DNA of 51,851 nucleotides from a virus (Duplodnaviria; Heunggongvirae; Uroviricota; Caudoviricetes): IMG/VR virus record IMGVR_UViG_2923307698_000007, positions 1 to 51,851 of that record; one strand, 5' to 3'. Shown piece by piece: positions 10,054 to 19,231 of this stretch (position 1 is its first letter; each line of letters starts with the position of its first letter). The notes under the pieces were generated by a model. It saw only the letters and a program-made list of their open reading frames with translations, ran no database searches and was not told where the DNA came from. The position numbers and the translations under genes were made by a program.

Positions 10054-13000
10054 TCAGCATTCCTCCGTCACGTCGCATGGACAACATCACCGCCTGCACC
10101 CGCTGGTCAATCAGCTGCACAAGGCTGCCCGCAGCTTCCGGCCCTATCTGGCCATTAGTCCCGTCATTCTGAATGGCGATATGGTAGACCGGGGAATACA
10201 CCAGACCCGCACTACCGTTCATACTGCCCACCGCGCGCACACCCAGCGAGCCATCCGCCGCCCGGGTCAGGGGCATAATGGCTTCAGGACCGGCCTCCCC
10301 CATCAGCCCCGCCCCTTTTGCAAAGGCAAAGTACGTGGGCGTATCCACAATACTGTTGCTGTACGCACTCAGGTTTGCCGAGGTATACACGCCGCCTTTT
10401 GCATTGGCCACCGCCCCGCCCAGCCAGTCACCAATGCTGCCGAGAAATCCTCCTGCACCGGACATACTGTTTGCCGCCGTCCTGATCCCGTTGACAATCG
10501 CGGCATTCATAAGAACTTTTGATATTTCCTGTAGCACTGATGAGGCCCAGCTGCGCCATTCCACTTTATTTCCGTTCAGCATCTCCGTGATGTTATTCAC
10601 CATCCCTGAGATACCCTCCGTCGCAAGCTGTGCTGCCTGTGAGGCGTAATCGGACGCATTATCCACCCAGTTACTGAATCCCTCCTGCAGCCCTTTCTGC
10701 CAGTCCGCACGCTGCACATCCGATTCGGCATAAAAGGCTGCCTGGTCCTTAAGGCGTTCGCTCAGATACTGCGCGTTCTGTGCCCGTGCCTGTCTGTAAA
10801 AATCCTCACTGATATCCCCGGTCTGATACTGAGACTGAAGGTCCGCATCCTTCTGGCGGAAGCTGTCGCGGATCTGCTGCAACTCCCGCATGCGTTCTCT
10901 GGCTCGTTCCCCCTGCCCGTACCCCAGCAGTTCAGCATCATTCGACGCACGCGCAGCCGCATTCTCATTCTTCAGGGTCTCTTCCCGGGATCGCAACTGT
11001 TCCCGGATTTTTTGCTGGTCAATCAGGGTCGCATTGCGCAGCAGTTCCTGCTTCTGTATCTCCGTCAGGGTTTTCAGCTCACCCAGCGCTGTCTGGTACT
11101 TCAGCTTCGCCAGCTCCGTATTCTGACCGGCCAGTGCCAGTTGCTCTTTCTGCTGCTTCAGCAGCCGGGAAAAACTGTCTTCCGCTTTTTCCGTCTCTGA
11201 TTTTCCACCCCGGGATTTGGGTTTATTCGCCTCGTTATTGCGCCAGGCTTCCAGGGCATTACTGATATAACGTTGTCTCGCCTCCTGATACGGATCACCC
11301 ACAAAACCGAGGTCATCCGCTGCATACCCCAGTCGGACACGCTCTTTTTCTTCCCCTTTTAGTCTGGACAGGGCCAGCTCACGCTCTGTTTTTGTCAGGG
11401 CACTCTGCTGTTTATCATCCAGAGTGGCCTGTGGCAGCCGTAACGGCACATTCACCAGTCCCTGCCGCTGCTGAAGCAGTTCATTACCCAGCCCCAGCAG
11501 ACGGTTGAATTCCGTATGCTGACCGTTCATAACCAGCATGGACTGGTACACCTTATTCTGCTCTGCCGCCTGCTGACGAATTAACGCCACACGACGGTCT
11601 TCCAGCCCGGCAAGCACATCCTGAATGGACTGCGCTTTTTCCTGCATCTGTGCCAGACGGGACTGCTCAACGGCAAGCTGCTCTGTTGCCTGAGCAAGCC
11701 CTTCCGTTACGGTCTTCACCGAGGTCAGATGGTTTATCATGAATCCGTCACCGGTCGTCCAGCCCGGGTTCGCCAGAACATACTGATATCCTGCGATTTT
11801 TTCCTGCAGGGATTTCACCCGACTGGCCTGTTCATCAATCAGCCGGTTCTGCTCTGTCAGCGCCGCCCGTGTTCGTCCTTCATTATCTGAGGCTTCAGGC
11901 AAAGACATTGACGGCGTTTTATGCGCGATTTCATCTATCGTCAGTGCATACTGGCGCGCAGACTCCCTGGCCTGCTCCTGATTCTGGTACAGCGTGTACC
12001 ATGCGGCAGCTCCCAGCATCACCAGTCCGGGTACGCCTCCAACCAGTCCCAGCGCACCGCTCATCAGACGTGAGCCCACCGCCGTTGTACTGTTCAGCGC
12101 ATTCTGGGCGGCGGTTCTGGCAGCAATATTTCTGTTCAGGCGTTCCTGTGTGGCCGCCAGACGGGCCTCTGCTGCAATCTGCATCTCCGTCCCGCGGGCT
12201 GCCGCCACGGCCTGCTGAGCACGGTACACGGCTGCCCTTGCCCGCGCCGTGGCAATCTGCGTTCCCCTGAACTGTGCTTCCGCCAGTGCAACTTCATTAC
12301 GTGCAGCCGTCACAAGTCCTGCCGTGGCAGACACCGCTCCGGAGGCCATATTGCCAAAGTAACGTGCAACCCCGACAGCAACCAGCACACCTGCTGCCGC
12401 GGCCACATTATCAATATTGCCGGCAACACCGTTCAGCGCACCGGAGAGCGTTTTCGTCGCTCCGCTGGCCTCATTCGCACCGCCCACCCAGGCCATAAAG
12501 GCGTTTTCCACCTTCGTGATACTACTGGAAACCGTTTCCGGCATGGCCGCATATTCATCACGTAATATCCCCAGCTGGCTGATTAACGCGGGGACCACTT
12601 TATCCGCTGTCAGTTTTCCGTCATCCGCCATTGCCTTCAGATCTTTACGGGCCACGCCCATACCCGCAGCCAGTGCACGTACGATCCGGTCACCACTTTC
12701 ATTGACCGAATTAAACTCCTCACCACGCAATACACCCTGCGCCAGCGCCTGACTGAACTGGGTGATCACCGAGCCCGCCTCTGCCGTACTGGCACCGGAG
12801 ATTTTCAGCCCCGTGGAAATGGCCTCCGTCACCTTCAGCACATCATCAGCACTGTAACCATATTCACGCATTGAGGCTGCCGAGCGGGCAAACAGGGCCG
12901 CATTATCTGAAAATGCCGTGCCCGTCCGCTGGCTGATATCCATCAGCACTTTCTGTGATGACGAAAATTCATCGGATGACTGTGATGCCTGTTTCAGACG

Positions 13001-13288
13001 GGCATTTACGGAACTCCACTCATCCGCCAGTGAAATCAGGTGTCCGGTGGCAAAGGCACCGGCAAATGCGCCAGCCATTCCGACAGCAGAACCGCGAATT
13101 TCCGTCAACTGGCTGTTCAGCTCAGCCAGAGCCCGGCGCTGCTCCCGGGCTGCCGCAGCGGCCTGACGCCCGCCATTCTGCAGGGTCCGGTAATATTCAC
13201 TGCCCATACGGGACGCCCGCTGGATCTCCGACTGGAATGACTGTGAATTTGCCGAAATTTTGATAATCAGTTCACGTAACGTCGCCAT
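10046..13288 (-). CDS. H: Tail tape measure protein H
   Basis: 1080 aa, Ala/Gln-rich coiled coil; C-terminus NDGTNGQIGPEAAG...RRDGGMLSG matches recalled lambda H end; GGAG RBS. Confidence 0.9.
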   Translation of the reverse strand: MATLRELIIKISANSQSFQSEIQRASRMGSEYYRTLQNGGRQAAAAAREQRRALAELNSQLTEIRGSAVGMAGAFAGAFATGHLISLADEWSSVNARLKQASQSSDEFSSSQKVLMDISQRTGTAFSDNAALFARSAASMREYGYSADDVLKVTEAISTGLKISGASTAEAGSVITQFSQALAQGVLRGEEFNSVNESGDRIVRALAAGMGVARKDLKAMADDGKLTADKVVPALISQLGILRDEYAAMPETVSSSITKVENAFMAWVGGANEASGATKTLSGALNGVAGNIDNVAAAAGVLVAVGVARYFGNMASGAVSATAGLVTAARNEVALAEAQFRGTQIATARARAAVYRAQQAVAAARGTEMQIAAEARLAATQERLNRNIAARTAAQNALNSTTAVGSRLMSGALGLVGGVPGLVMLGAAAWYTLYQNQEQARESARQYALTIDEIAHKTPSMSLPEASDNEGRTRAALTEQNRLIDEQASRVKSLQEKIAGYQYVLANPGWTTGDGFMINHLTSVKTVTEGLAQATEQLAVEQSRLAQMQEKAQSIQDVLAGLEDRRVALIRQQAAEQNKVYQSMLVMNGQHTEFNRLLGLGNELLQQRQGLVNVPLRLPQATLDDKQQSALTKTERELALSRLKGEEKERVRLGYAADDLGFVGDPYQEARQRYISNALEAWRNNEANKPKSRGGKSETEKAEDSFSRLLKQQKEQLALAGQNTELAKLKYQTALGELKTLTEIQKQELLRNATLIDQQKIREQLRSREETLKNENAAARASNDAELLGYGQGERARERMRELQQIRDSFRQKDADLQSQYQTGDISEDFYRQARAQNAQYLSERLKDQAAFYAESDVQRADWQKGLQEGFSNWVDNASDYASQAAQLATEGISGMVNNITEMLNGNKVEWRSWASSVLQEISKVLMNAAIVNGIRTAANSMSGAGGFLGSIGDWLGGAVANAKGGVYTSANLSAYSNSIVDTPTYFAFAKGAGLMGEAGPEAIMPLTRAADGSLGVRAVGSMNGSAGLVYSPVYHIAIQNDGTNGQIGPEAAGSLVQLIDQRVQAVMLSMRRDGGMLSG

Positions 13289-13338
13289 TCACCTTTCTCC
13301 GGGCAAAAAAACCTGCCACAGCAGGTTTTCATCATTAT

Positions 13339-14018
13339 TTATGACATTGCTGCAAAGCTCAGCGCGTCTTCCAGCGCCGCAAACGGATCCACCTCCGGCT
13401 TATCCTCATCCTCGCCCCAGCAGAGCATGGCGTCCTTCAGTGCAACATTCATCCCCTGTGCCCCGAAAACCGCTTTCACGATCTGTGCATTACGGATATC
13501 CCCGCGCTCATCACCCAGCGGGGACACCCTGTCAAACTCCATCCACATCATCGCCTCGCTCGCACTCAGGCTGTGCCGCAGTTCGGATAAGGTGCGCCCC
13601 AGACGGAGCGCAAGTCGCATCAGAAAGCGAATTTCCGGGCGGGCTACTTTTTTCTGGCCGACTCTGCATCAGCGATCAGTTCCAGTGCCTGACGCAGCAA
13701 CCGGGCATGTACCGGACCATAGACGGCCAGCACCGGCTCACGGTCGTCCGGAGTGAACACCCGTTGCAGGTCAGTATCACACAGGACATCGCAGAACAGC
13801 GTCACATCCGCTTCCAGGTTACGGCGGGTTTTCGCCACCACCGACAGGGTATCGTCATCCTCTCCATCACCATTGAGCACTTCCTGCCACAGATACCAGG
13901 CCTCTGCCGAAGGCTCCCGCAGCACCACGCTGACATTTCCCCATTCCGGCACCTTCACCGTTTTATGACGGAACCCCGACAGTCTGGCCAGCGCCAGTGT
14001 TTTCAGATCTTTTGCCAT
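13339..14018 (-). CDS. GT: Tail assembly chaperone G-T fusion (programmed -1 frameshift product)
   Basis: T ORF (13339-13620) is in the -1 frame relative to G; reading through AAAAAAG gives ...ARKK VARPEIRFLMRLAL... Confidence 0.7.
13644..14018 (-). CDS. G: Tail assembly chaperone G
   Basis: 124-aa acidic protein directly upstream of T frame and H; ends at slippery site. Confidence 0.8.
   Translation of the reverse strand: MAKDLKTLALARLSGFRHKTVKVPEWGNVSVVLREPSAEAWYLWQEVLNGDGEDDDTLSVVAKTRRNLEADVTLFCDVLCDTDLQRVFTPDDREPVLAVYGPVHARLLRQALELIADAESARKK
13647..13653 (-). other. Slippery heptamer A AAA AAG for G-T -1 ribosomal frameshift
   Basis: Plus-strand cttttttt at 13647-13653, zero-frame codons AAA AAG immediately before G stop TAG. 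Confidence 0.65.
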
Positions 14019-14023
14019 AAGCC

Positions 14024-14740
14024 TTATCCGCCCGCACCATTAACCGTTACTGTACACGCATCAGAGGTAATGCTCTGCGGCTGTTCTGCAGAATCCGTTA
14101 CCTCGCAGGTATAAGCCCCCTTATCACCTGACTGCGTATTGGCTTTACTGAAAGTGTCAGTAGTCTGTCCCTCTACCGGCTGACCATCCTTCTTCCAGGC
14201 GTGTTTATAAGGCGGCGTTCCCCCGTTGACACTGACTGACATTGTCAGCAGCGCACCGGTATTCACGGCAAGTGTCTTCTCCAGATTTTTCACAAACGCC
14301 AGCGGTACCACATAGGACACCGGTTTACCCTTCAGGCGAAGTGAAAACGTTGCAGCCACCACGCCGTTGGTACCGGATGACCAGGTGTGCTGACGCACTT
14401 CCGCCAGGAACTTAAAGCCCTTACCGGACGGAAACTGCACCTTAAACGCATACACCGTGTCATTGTCATAGGCATCACGCAGGGCGTTCTGGGCCTGATT
14501 CAGATAAAAATTACCCGACATGGAAATCTCGGACGACGCCCCCAGACCGTTGATGTTCTCCTGCTCTGTGGAGCAGAGCGTGGTCACATCAATATCCTGT
14601 TTCTGCCCGGCGGTGAACTGGACTTCCTTGATGGTGCAGTCCAGGCGCAGATATTCCGCCTTATCCATAGTTTCAGCAGTCGCCGGGGCAGATGAAATCA
14701 TCACCTGCGTCAGCTGTGAGCGTTCATACAAAGCAGACAT
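14024..14740 (-). CDS. V: Major tail protein V with C-terminal Ig-like domain
   Basis: 238 aa between U-like and G; C-terminal Ig motif GAYTCEV; AGGAGG RBS. Confidence 0.8.
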   Translation of the reverse strand: MSALYERSQLTQVMISSAPATAETMDKAEYLRLDCTIKEVQFTAGQKQDIDVTTLCSTEQENINGLGASSEISMSGNFYLNQAQNALRDAYDNDTVYAFKVQFPSGKGFKFLAEVRQHTWSSGTNGVVAATFSLRLKGKPVSYVVPLAFVKNLEKTLAVNTGALLTMSVSVNGGTPPYKHAWKKDGQPVEGQTTDTFSKANTQSGDKGAYTCEVTDSAEQPQSITSDACTVTVNGAGG

Positions 14741-14754
14741 TCTGCCTCCTGATA

Positions 14755-14778
14755 ATAAAAAACCCGCACGCGGCGGGG
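14755..14778 (-). terminator. Short hairpin with U6 immediately upstream of V RBS (weak terminator-like element)
   Basis: 5-bp GC stem cccgc/gcggg at 14763-14777 followed on minus strand by U6 then AGGAGG. Confidence 0.3.
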
Positions 14779-14806
14779 TATGGGTTTTGTAGAAAAAAAG
14801 AAAAAG

Positions 14807-15151
14807 TCACACCGTGACCTGAAACTCCAGGGTTGCACGGTAACAGCGGTTTTCCGGAATATAGTCCTGCATTTCACTGACGGATCCCGGGGCCAGCAGC
14901 ATTATGGCTTCACGGGCGTCCTGACGTATCTGACGCGCCTGCGTCACAGTCCCGGCATAAACGTCTATCTGCACCGACACTGAGGACTCCGCCTGCCCGC
15001 CCATCACGTCCGCCGACACCGATGAAATCAGGCTGAAAACCACCCACGGAAGCGCCACCGACGGCCTGCCATCCAGCAGGGGGACCACATACGGGTACAC
15101 CTGCCCGCCGGCAAGATGCGCCAGATGAGGATACAAATCCGCCTCCGTCAT
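14807..15151 (-). CDS. Tail terminator / tail completion protein (U-like)
   Basis: 114 aa immediately upstream of major tail gene; assignment by position and size. Confidence 0.55.
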   Translation of the reverse strand: MTEADLYPHLAHLAGGQVYPYVVPLLDGRPSVALPWVVFSLISSVSADVMGGQAESSVSVQIDVYAGTVTQARQIRQDAREAIMLLAPGSVSEMQDYIPENRCYRATLEFQVTV

Positions 15152-15594
15152 CGTCTCAGTACCTCATCAATGGCCCGGTTCATCCGAGCAATCGCCACCT
15201 GCGCTGCCTGTTCACTGCGCACATCAAATGCCGGGCGCACAAACGGGTGCGGTGGCATATTCACGGTCCCCATTTCCACAAACCGCCAGTAGAAAGCATT
15301 GCGCGGGTTATCCGCCTTCATGGTGTTATCGCTGTTACCGGTGTCCGGATTAACACCACGGATATGGACACCGGATTCCATCCCGCCATCGCGGGAGCGC
15401 CGGGAAAGGACCACCACATTGCGGCGCAGTTTTCCCCTGCGTACCGGTGCCCGTGACACCACTTCTTCTTTCAGCACATTCGCACCCGCACGGGTTGCCT
15501 CACGCAGCACCCGGTTATTTTCTGCACCACTCAGAAGCTGCAAATCGCGGCTAATGTCCTCCAGCCCCGAAAAATCCAGCAGGGTTTCGATCAT
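15148..15594 (-). CDS. Head-tail joining protein (HK97 gp10-like)
   Basis: 148 aa, 4-nt overlap with upstream and downstream genes; assignment by position in head-tail connector block. Confidence 0.55.
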   Translation of the reverse strand: MIETLLDFSGLEDISRDLQLLSGAENNRVLREATRAGANVLKEEVVSRAPVRRGKLRRNVVVLSRRSRDGGMESGVHIRGVNPDTGNSDNTMKADNPRNAFYWRFVEMGTVNMPPHPFVRPAFDVRSEQAAQVAIARMNRAIDEVLRR

Positions 15595-15941
15595 TTTTCA
15601 CCTCCCAGCCGACAGAGAATTTCCAGACGTCCGCCGGTCGCATCCGGCACGGGCAGCCCGACAACGTTCAGGATCCGGTCACGCCATGGACCACTCAGCA
15701 CATGAAGTCGTGACGCTGCCGTGATTTCCCGGCCGGACTGACCGCGCACCCAGATGCGGATTTCCGCCTGCGCCATTTCCGCACCGGACTGCATCCGCTC
15801 CCGGCTGCTCCTGCCACGGATATCCGCATGAATTTTCCCGCATGACACCCATTCTTCCGTCATTTCTCCGGCAGCATTACGGGTTAACACCGGGTTCAGA
15901 ACACTTATCATCTGTGTCAGACGACCTGCAGATATTGCCAT
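15591..15941 (-). CDS. Head closure / head-tail adaptor protein
   Basis: 116 aa in connector block between gp6-like and gp10-like genes. Confidence 0.55.
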   Translation of the reverse strand: MAISAGRLTQMISVLNPVLTRNAAGEMTEEWVSCGKIHADIRGRSSRERMQSGAEMAQAEIRIWVRGQSGREITAASRLHVLSGPWRDRILNVVGLPVPDATGGRLEILCRLGGEK

Positions 15942-15950
15942 TCCCCCTCC

Positions 15951-16277
15951 TCATAACACCGTCGGACAACGCAAATCGTAAATCAGCACGGAAACAGAAA
16001 ACGGCAGCTCCCCCTGAATCAGTTCTTCCCGCTCCGCAAGATCCGGATTCCGGTACAGCATCCCGGTCAGTCGCATGGCAGCCCCCTTCATCCGGGTTAA
16101 TGCCTCGCCCGGGATCAGTTCACCGTCCTCACGAATCACCTTATCCCGGCTGCCCTGAATGTAGGCCAGCAGCACGGCGGTAGCCTGACGAACCTTGTCC
16201 ATCAGCATGTCATCATCCGCGTCATGGTCGACACGCAGATGTGCCTTGATCTCTTCCAGTGTCAGTAATGCCGTCAT
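15951..16277 (-). CDS. Head-tail connector protein (gp6-like)
   Basis: 108 aa; start overlaps stop of upstream repeat protein; position after head genes. Confidence 0.6.
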   Translation of the reverse strand: MTALLTLEEIKAHLRVDHDADDDMLMDKVRQATAVLLAYIQGSRDKVIREDGELIPGEALTRMKGAAMRLTGMLYRNPDLAEREELIQGELPFSVSVLIYDLRCPTVL

Positions 16278-17659
16278 TTTCCGCCTCCTGCATCCCGTCC
16301 CCGTTTGGCAGCCAGGGTCCAGCCTGATGAATGAGCTTCTCCGGGTTTATCACCGGTCATACTGTTGCAGTGCCACAGCGAGCCCCCCCACGTCACCGTA
16401 TCACCGGGGTGGTAGGTTTCACCGGCTCTGAACACACCGCGGTAGAGCATCACCGGCAGGGAAAATGTTTTTTCCGTACGCTGGCCACTGCTCTGCCGGA
16501 CCACCACAGTGAACGACCGTTCGCCGGTCATGCTGACGTCAATATCGGCCACCCCGTCAACCAGGCATTCCCATCCCCGCATCCCGTGCGTTTTTTCATA
16601 CGCCCGCCAGAGTCCGCCCTGGTGTGTGGCATACGTGCCCCGGGGAAAGGATTTTTGATCGTCAATGGCGGGGATTATTTCCAGTGCCGTGGCATCACGC
16701 CCGTCCTGCGGAGCCGGCAGGGCTCTCACCGCATCCAGAACAGCCTTCTGCAGAACATCGGGATCATAGTCACGACCATCACGCGGAACAGGAATATGGC
16801 TTACCGCCTCTTTCACCATCTGTTCAAGCATCGGACGCACATCATCGGGGGTAATACTTTTACCGTCCGCCGGTACCGGAATATTCGCGACCGCATCATT
16901 CACCGCCTTCTGCAGTACTTCCGGATCGTAATCACGACCATCACGCGGAACAGGAATATGGCTTACCGCCTCTTTCACCATCTGCTCAAGCATCGGACGC
17001 ACATCATCGGGGGTAATACTTTTGCCGTCCGCCGGTACCGGAATATTCGCGACCGCATCATTCACCGCCTTCTGCAGTACTTCCGGATCGTAATCACGAC
17101 CATCACGCGGAACAGGAATATGGCTTACCGCCTCTTTCACCATCTGCTCAAGCATCGGACGCACATCATCGGGGGTAATACTTTTGCCGTCCGCCGGTAC
17201 CGGAATATTCGCAACCGCATCATTCACCGCCTGCTTCAGTACTTCCGGATCGTAATCACGACCATCACGCGGAACAGGAATATGGCTTACCGCCTCCTTC
17301 ACCATCTGTTCAAGCATCGGACGCACATCATCGGGGGTAATACTTTTGCCGTCCGCCGGTACCGGAATATTCGCAACCGCATCATTCACCGCCTGCTGCA
17401 GTACATCCGGATCATAATCACGACCATCACGCGGTACCGGAATGGCCCCCACAGCGTCATCCACCATCGCCTGCAGAACCGGACGCACCTCATCCACCGT
17501 CACATGCTTCTGTAATACCGCCGACAGGGAAGTCAGTTTCTCTTCAAACGCTTGTGCCTGCGAGGCCATCTTCCCCTCAAATGTGCGCTGTAAATCCGCC
17601 AGCACCGTGGAGAATTCTTCACCCAGCGCACGGATAATGGACAGTTCACGCTCTGTCAT
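16274..17659 (-). CDS. Tandem-repeat head-module protein of unknown function
   Basis: 461 aa; N-terminal coiled coil, five tandem 54-aa repeats (IPVPRDGRDYDP...IPVPADGKSITPDD), distinct C-terminal domain; translationally coupled to portal and connector genes. Confidence 0.6.
   Translation of the reverse strand: MTERELSIIRALGEEFSTVLADLQRTFEGKMASQAQAFEEKLTSLSAVLQKHVTVDEVRPVLQAMVDDAVGAIPVPRDGRDYDPDVLQQAVNDAVANIPVPADGKSITPDDVRPMLEQMVKEAVSHIPVPRDGRDYDPEVLKQAVNDAVANIPVPADGKSITPDDVRPMLEQMVKEAVSHIPVPRDGRDYDPEVLQKAVNDAVANIPVPADGKSITPDDVRPMLEQMVKEAVSHIPVPRDGRDYDPEVLQKAVNDAVANIPVPADGKSITPDDVRPMLEQMVKEAVSHIPVPRDGRDYDPDVLQKAVLDAVRALPAPQDGRDATALEIIPAIDDQKSFPRGTYATHQGGLWRAYEKTHGMRGWECLVDGVADIDVSMTGERSFTVVVRQSSGQRTEKTFSLPVMLYRGVFRAGETYHPGDTVTWGGSLWHCNSMTGDKPGEAHSSGWTLAAKRGRDAGGGK
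16690..17450. repeat. Tandem 162-bp repeats (about 4.5 copies, near identical) inside the repeat protein gene
   Basis: Direct DNA repeats visible, e.g. 16870-17030 and 17032-17192 nearly identical. Confidence 0.85.
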
Positions 17660-19020
17660 TTTCGCAGTATCCCCCTGAACATCGCCTTCACCGCATCACG
17701 CTCTGTTTCGCTTATGGCCTTATTACCGTCAGACGCGCCCTCCTGGCGTGTGCCTGACGACGTTTTCCCGGAAGACGCGAACGGATCCTCACGGGCATCA
17801 CGACGGGACAGCGCCTCCAGACTGTAGTTCTGCTGCTGAAGATACAGTGCATCACCGCCGGCAAGGGGCGGCAGGTTCTCACGTTTACGGGCCTCATTGG
17901 GCGTGAGAAGCGTATTTTTCACCGATTCACCCAGCGTTTTCATGCGACGTTCGCTGTCCATTCTCAGCAGCGTGGTGACGTCAAACTCCGTGCTCTCGTT
18001 TTCCCCTGTTTCCAGCGCCTCATCCAGTAACAGCTCAATGGACTCAATCAGCGTCTGCAGACACTGGGAATAATACTGCTGCTCCAGCGCCTCCACGTTG
18101 TCACTGGAAGGCGGCTGGCCAACGCCAATCTTGTAGGCCGGGACACGGAACACCGAACAGACAATTTCAGCCGTCATCTTCAGTTGTTCCACCGTCTGCG
18201 CATCCACCGGTGAAAACGTCGTGGGGTTATATTTCGCCCCGTTGCTCAGGATCGCCGTTTTCCCCGCATTTTCGCCGGTATACCCGCTGTCCCAGTTGCT
18301 CTTCAGTTTTTTCGCATTTTCTTCCGTTATACTGCCGGGGATCTCAATCACCCCGGACGGCCTGCCGCCATTTCTGAAAAAAGACGTTGAATTTGCCTGA
18401 ATATGATGCCCCTGCGTGGCCGCCAGCCCGGCAGCATACACCGGCGGCAGCCCCACAAGCGGATGAAAAAAACAGTTAAACCGGTCGTGGATCACTTCCC
18501 TGGCAGGCACCGTCACCGCCTCCGTGATCCCGCAGTTCCGGTCCGGCGTGATGCGGTAGAACACCTCGCCGTCATCCGCCACCAGAGGTTCAACCCGGCT
18601 CCAGTCCAGAATACGCAGTTCTTTGATCTGCCCCCGGGAGTTACGGATTTTCAGCACCACCGTATTGCCGTGACGCAGTTTGGCGTTCAGCCACAGTTCA
18701 AAAAACTGGATACGATTCTGCTGTGCATTGGGACGACGACAGAGACGGGCAATATCCCCCTGCCGTTTTTCACGGCGGACCCCCTGTGTATCGGTCTGCA
18801 TCAGGCGCAGTCGCATTTTGGCGATATCCTGGGATATCAGCGAAATGCAAGAAAACACCGCATGAAAGGAGAGGACACTTTCCGGATCGGCTTTCACGCC
18901 CTGCTGCCAGGCGCCGGCAAAAGGCTCAGCCACCGCCTGAAACAGGCTGGTCCAGCCCACCTCTTTTACATCACGTCCTGATTTCTGGTTTTTTCGGGTT
19001 CGCCGCAAAAGGTTCCACAT
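17656..19020 (-). CDS. Portal protein (HK97 family)
   Basis: 454 aa; FFRNGGRPSGVIE, ENAGK, TPNEARKRENLPPLAGGDALY resemble recalled HK97-family portal signatures. Confidence 0.85.
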   Translation of the reverse strand: MWNLLRRTRKNQKSGRDVKEVGWTSLFQAVAEPFAGAWQQGVKADPESVLSFHAVFSCISLISQDIAKMRLRLMQTDTQGVRREKRQGDIARLCRRPNAQQNRIQFFELWLNAKLRHGNTVVLKIRNSRGQIKELRILDWSRVEPLVADDGEVFYRITPDRNCGITEAVTVPAREVIHDRFNCFFHPLVGLPPVYAAGLAATQGHHIQANSTSFFRNGGRPSGVIEIPGSITEENAKKLKSNWDSGYTGENAGKTAILSNGAKYNPTTFSPVDAQTVEQLKMTAEIVCSVFRVPAYKIGVGQPPSSDNVEALEQQYYSQCLQTLIESIELLLDEALETGENESTEFDVTTLLRMDSERRMKTLGESVKNTLLTPNEARKRENLPPLAGGDALYLQQQNYSLEALSRRDAREDPFASSGKTSSGTRQEGASDGNKAISETERDAVKAMFRGILRK

Positions 19021-19231
19021 TCGCCATGCTCCGCATCACGTTTCTTTTTCTGACCTGCCGGACGTCGCACTGTGATGTACTCCGCCTTCCCCAGGCGAAC
19101 CAGCACCTCCGCACACGGCTGTGCCACATCACGGATATCCCCGGCCCGGGCATCATGCGTGCCCTGCAGATATCGGATCTTTGCCATAACCTGTTACGGG
19201 AGGCGCACGCCTCCCGTCCTCCTCATCAGAC

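Noticed and set aside
16331-17515. 394-aa plus-strand ORF with repeated RNRNMAYRLFHHL units
   Set aside because: It is antisense to the tandem-repeat head gene; its repeats mirror the sense-strand repeats, and the minus frame is translationally coupled to its neighbours
18966-19187. 73-aa minus-strand ORF between capsid fusion gene and portal
   Set aside because: It overlaps the portal start by 55 nt, has a weak RBS and no recognisable motif; could be real but is unsupported
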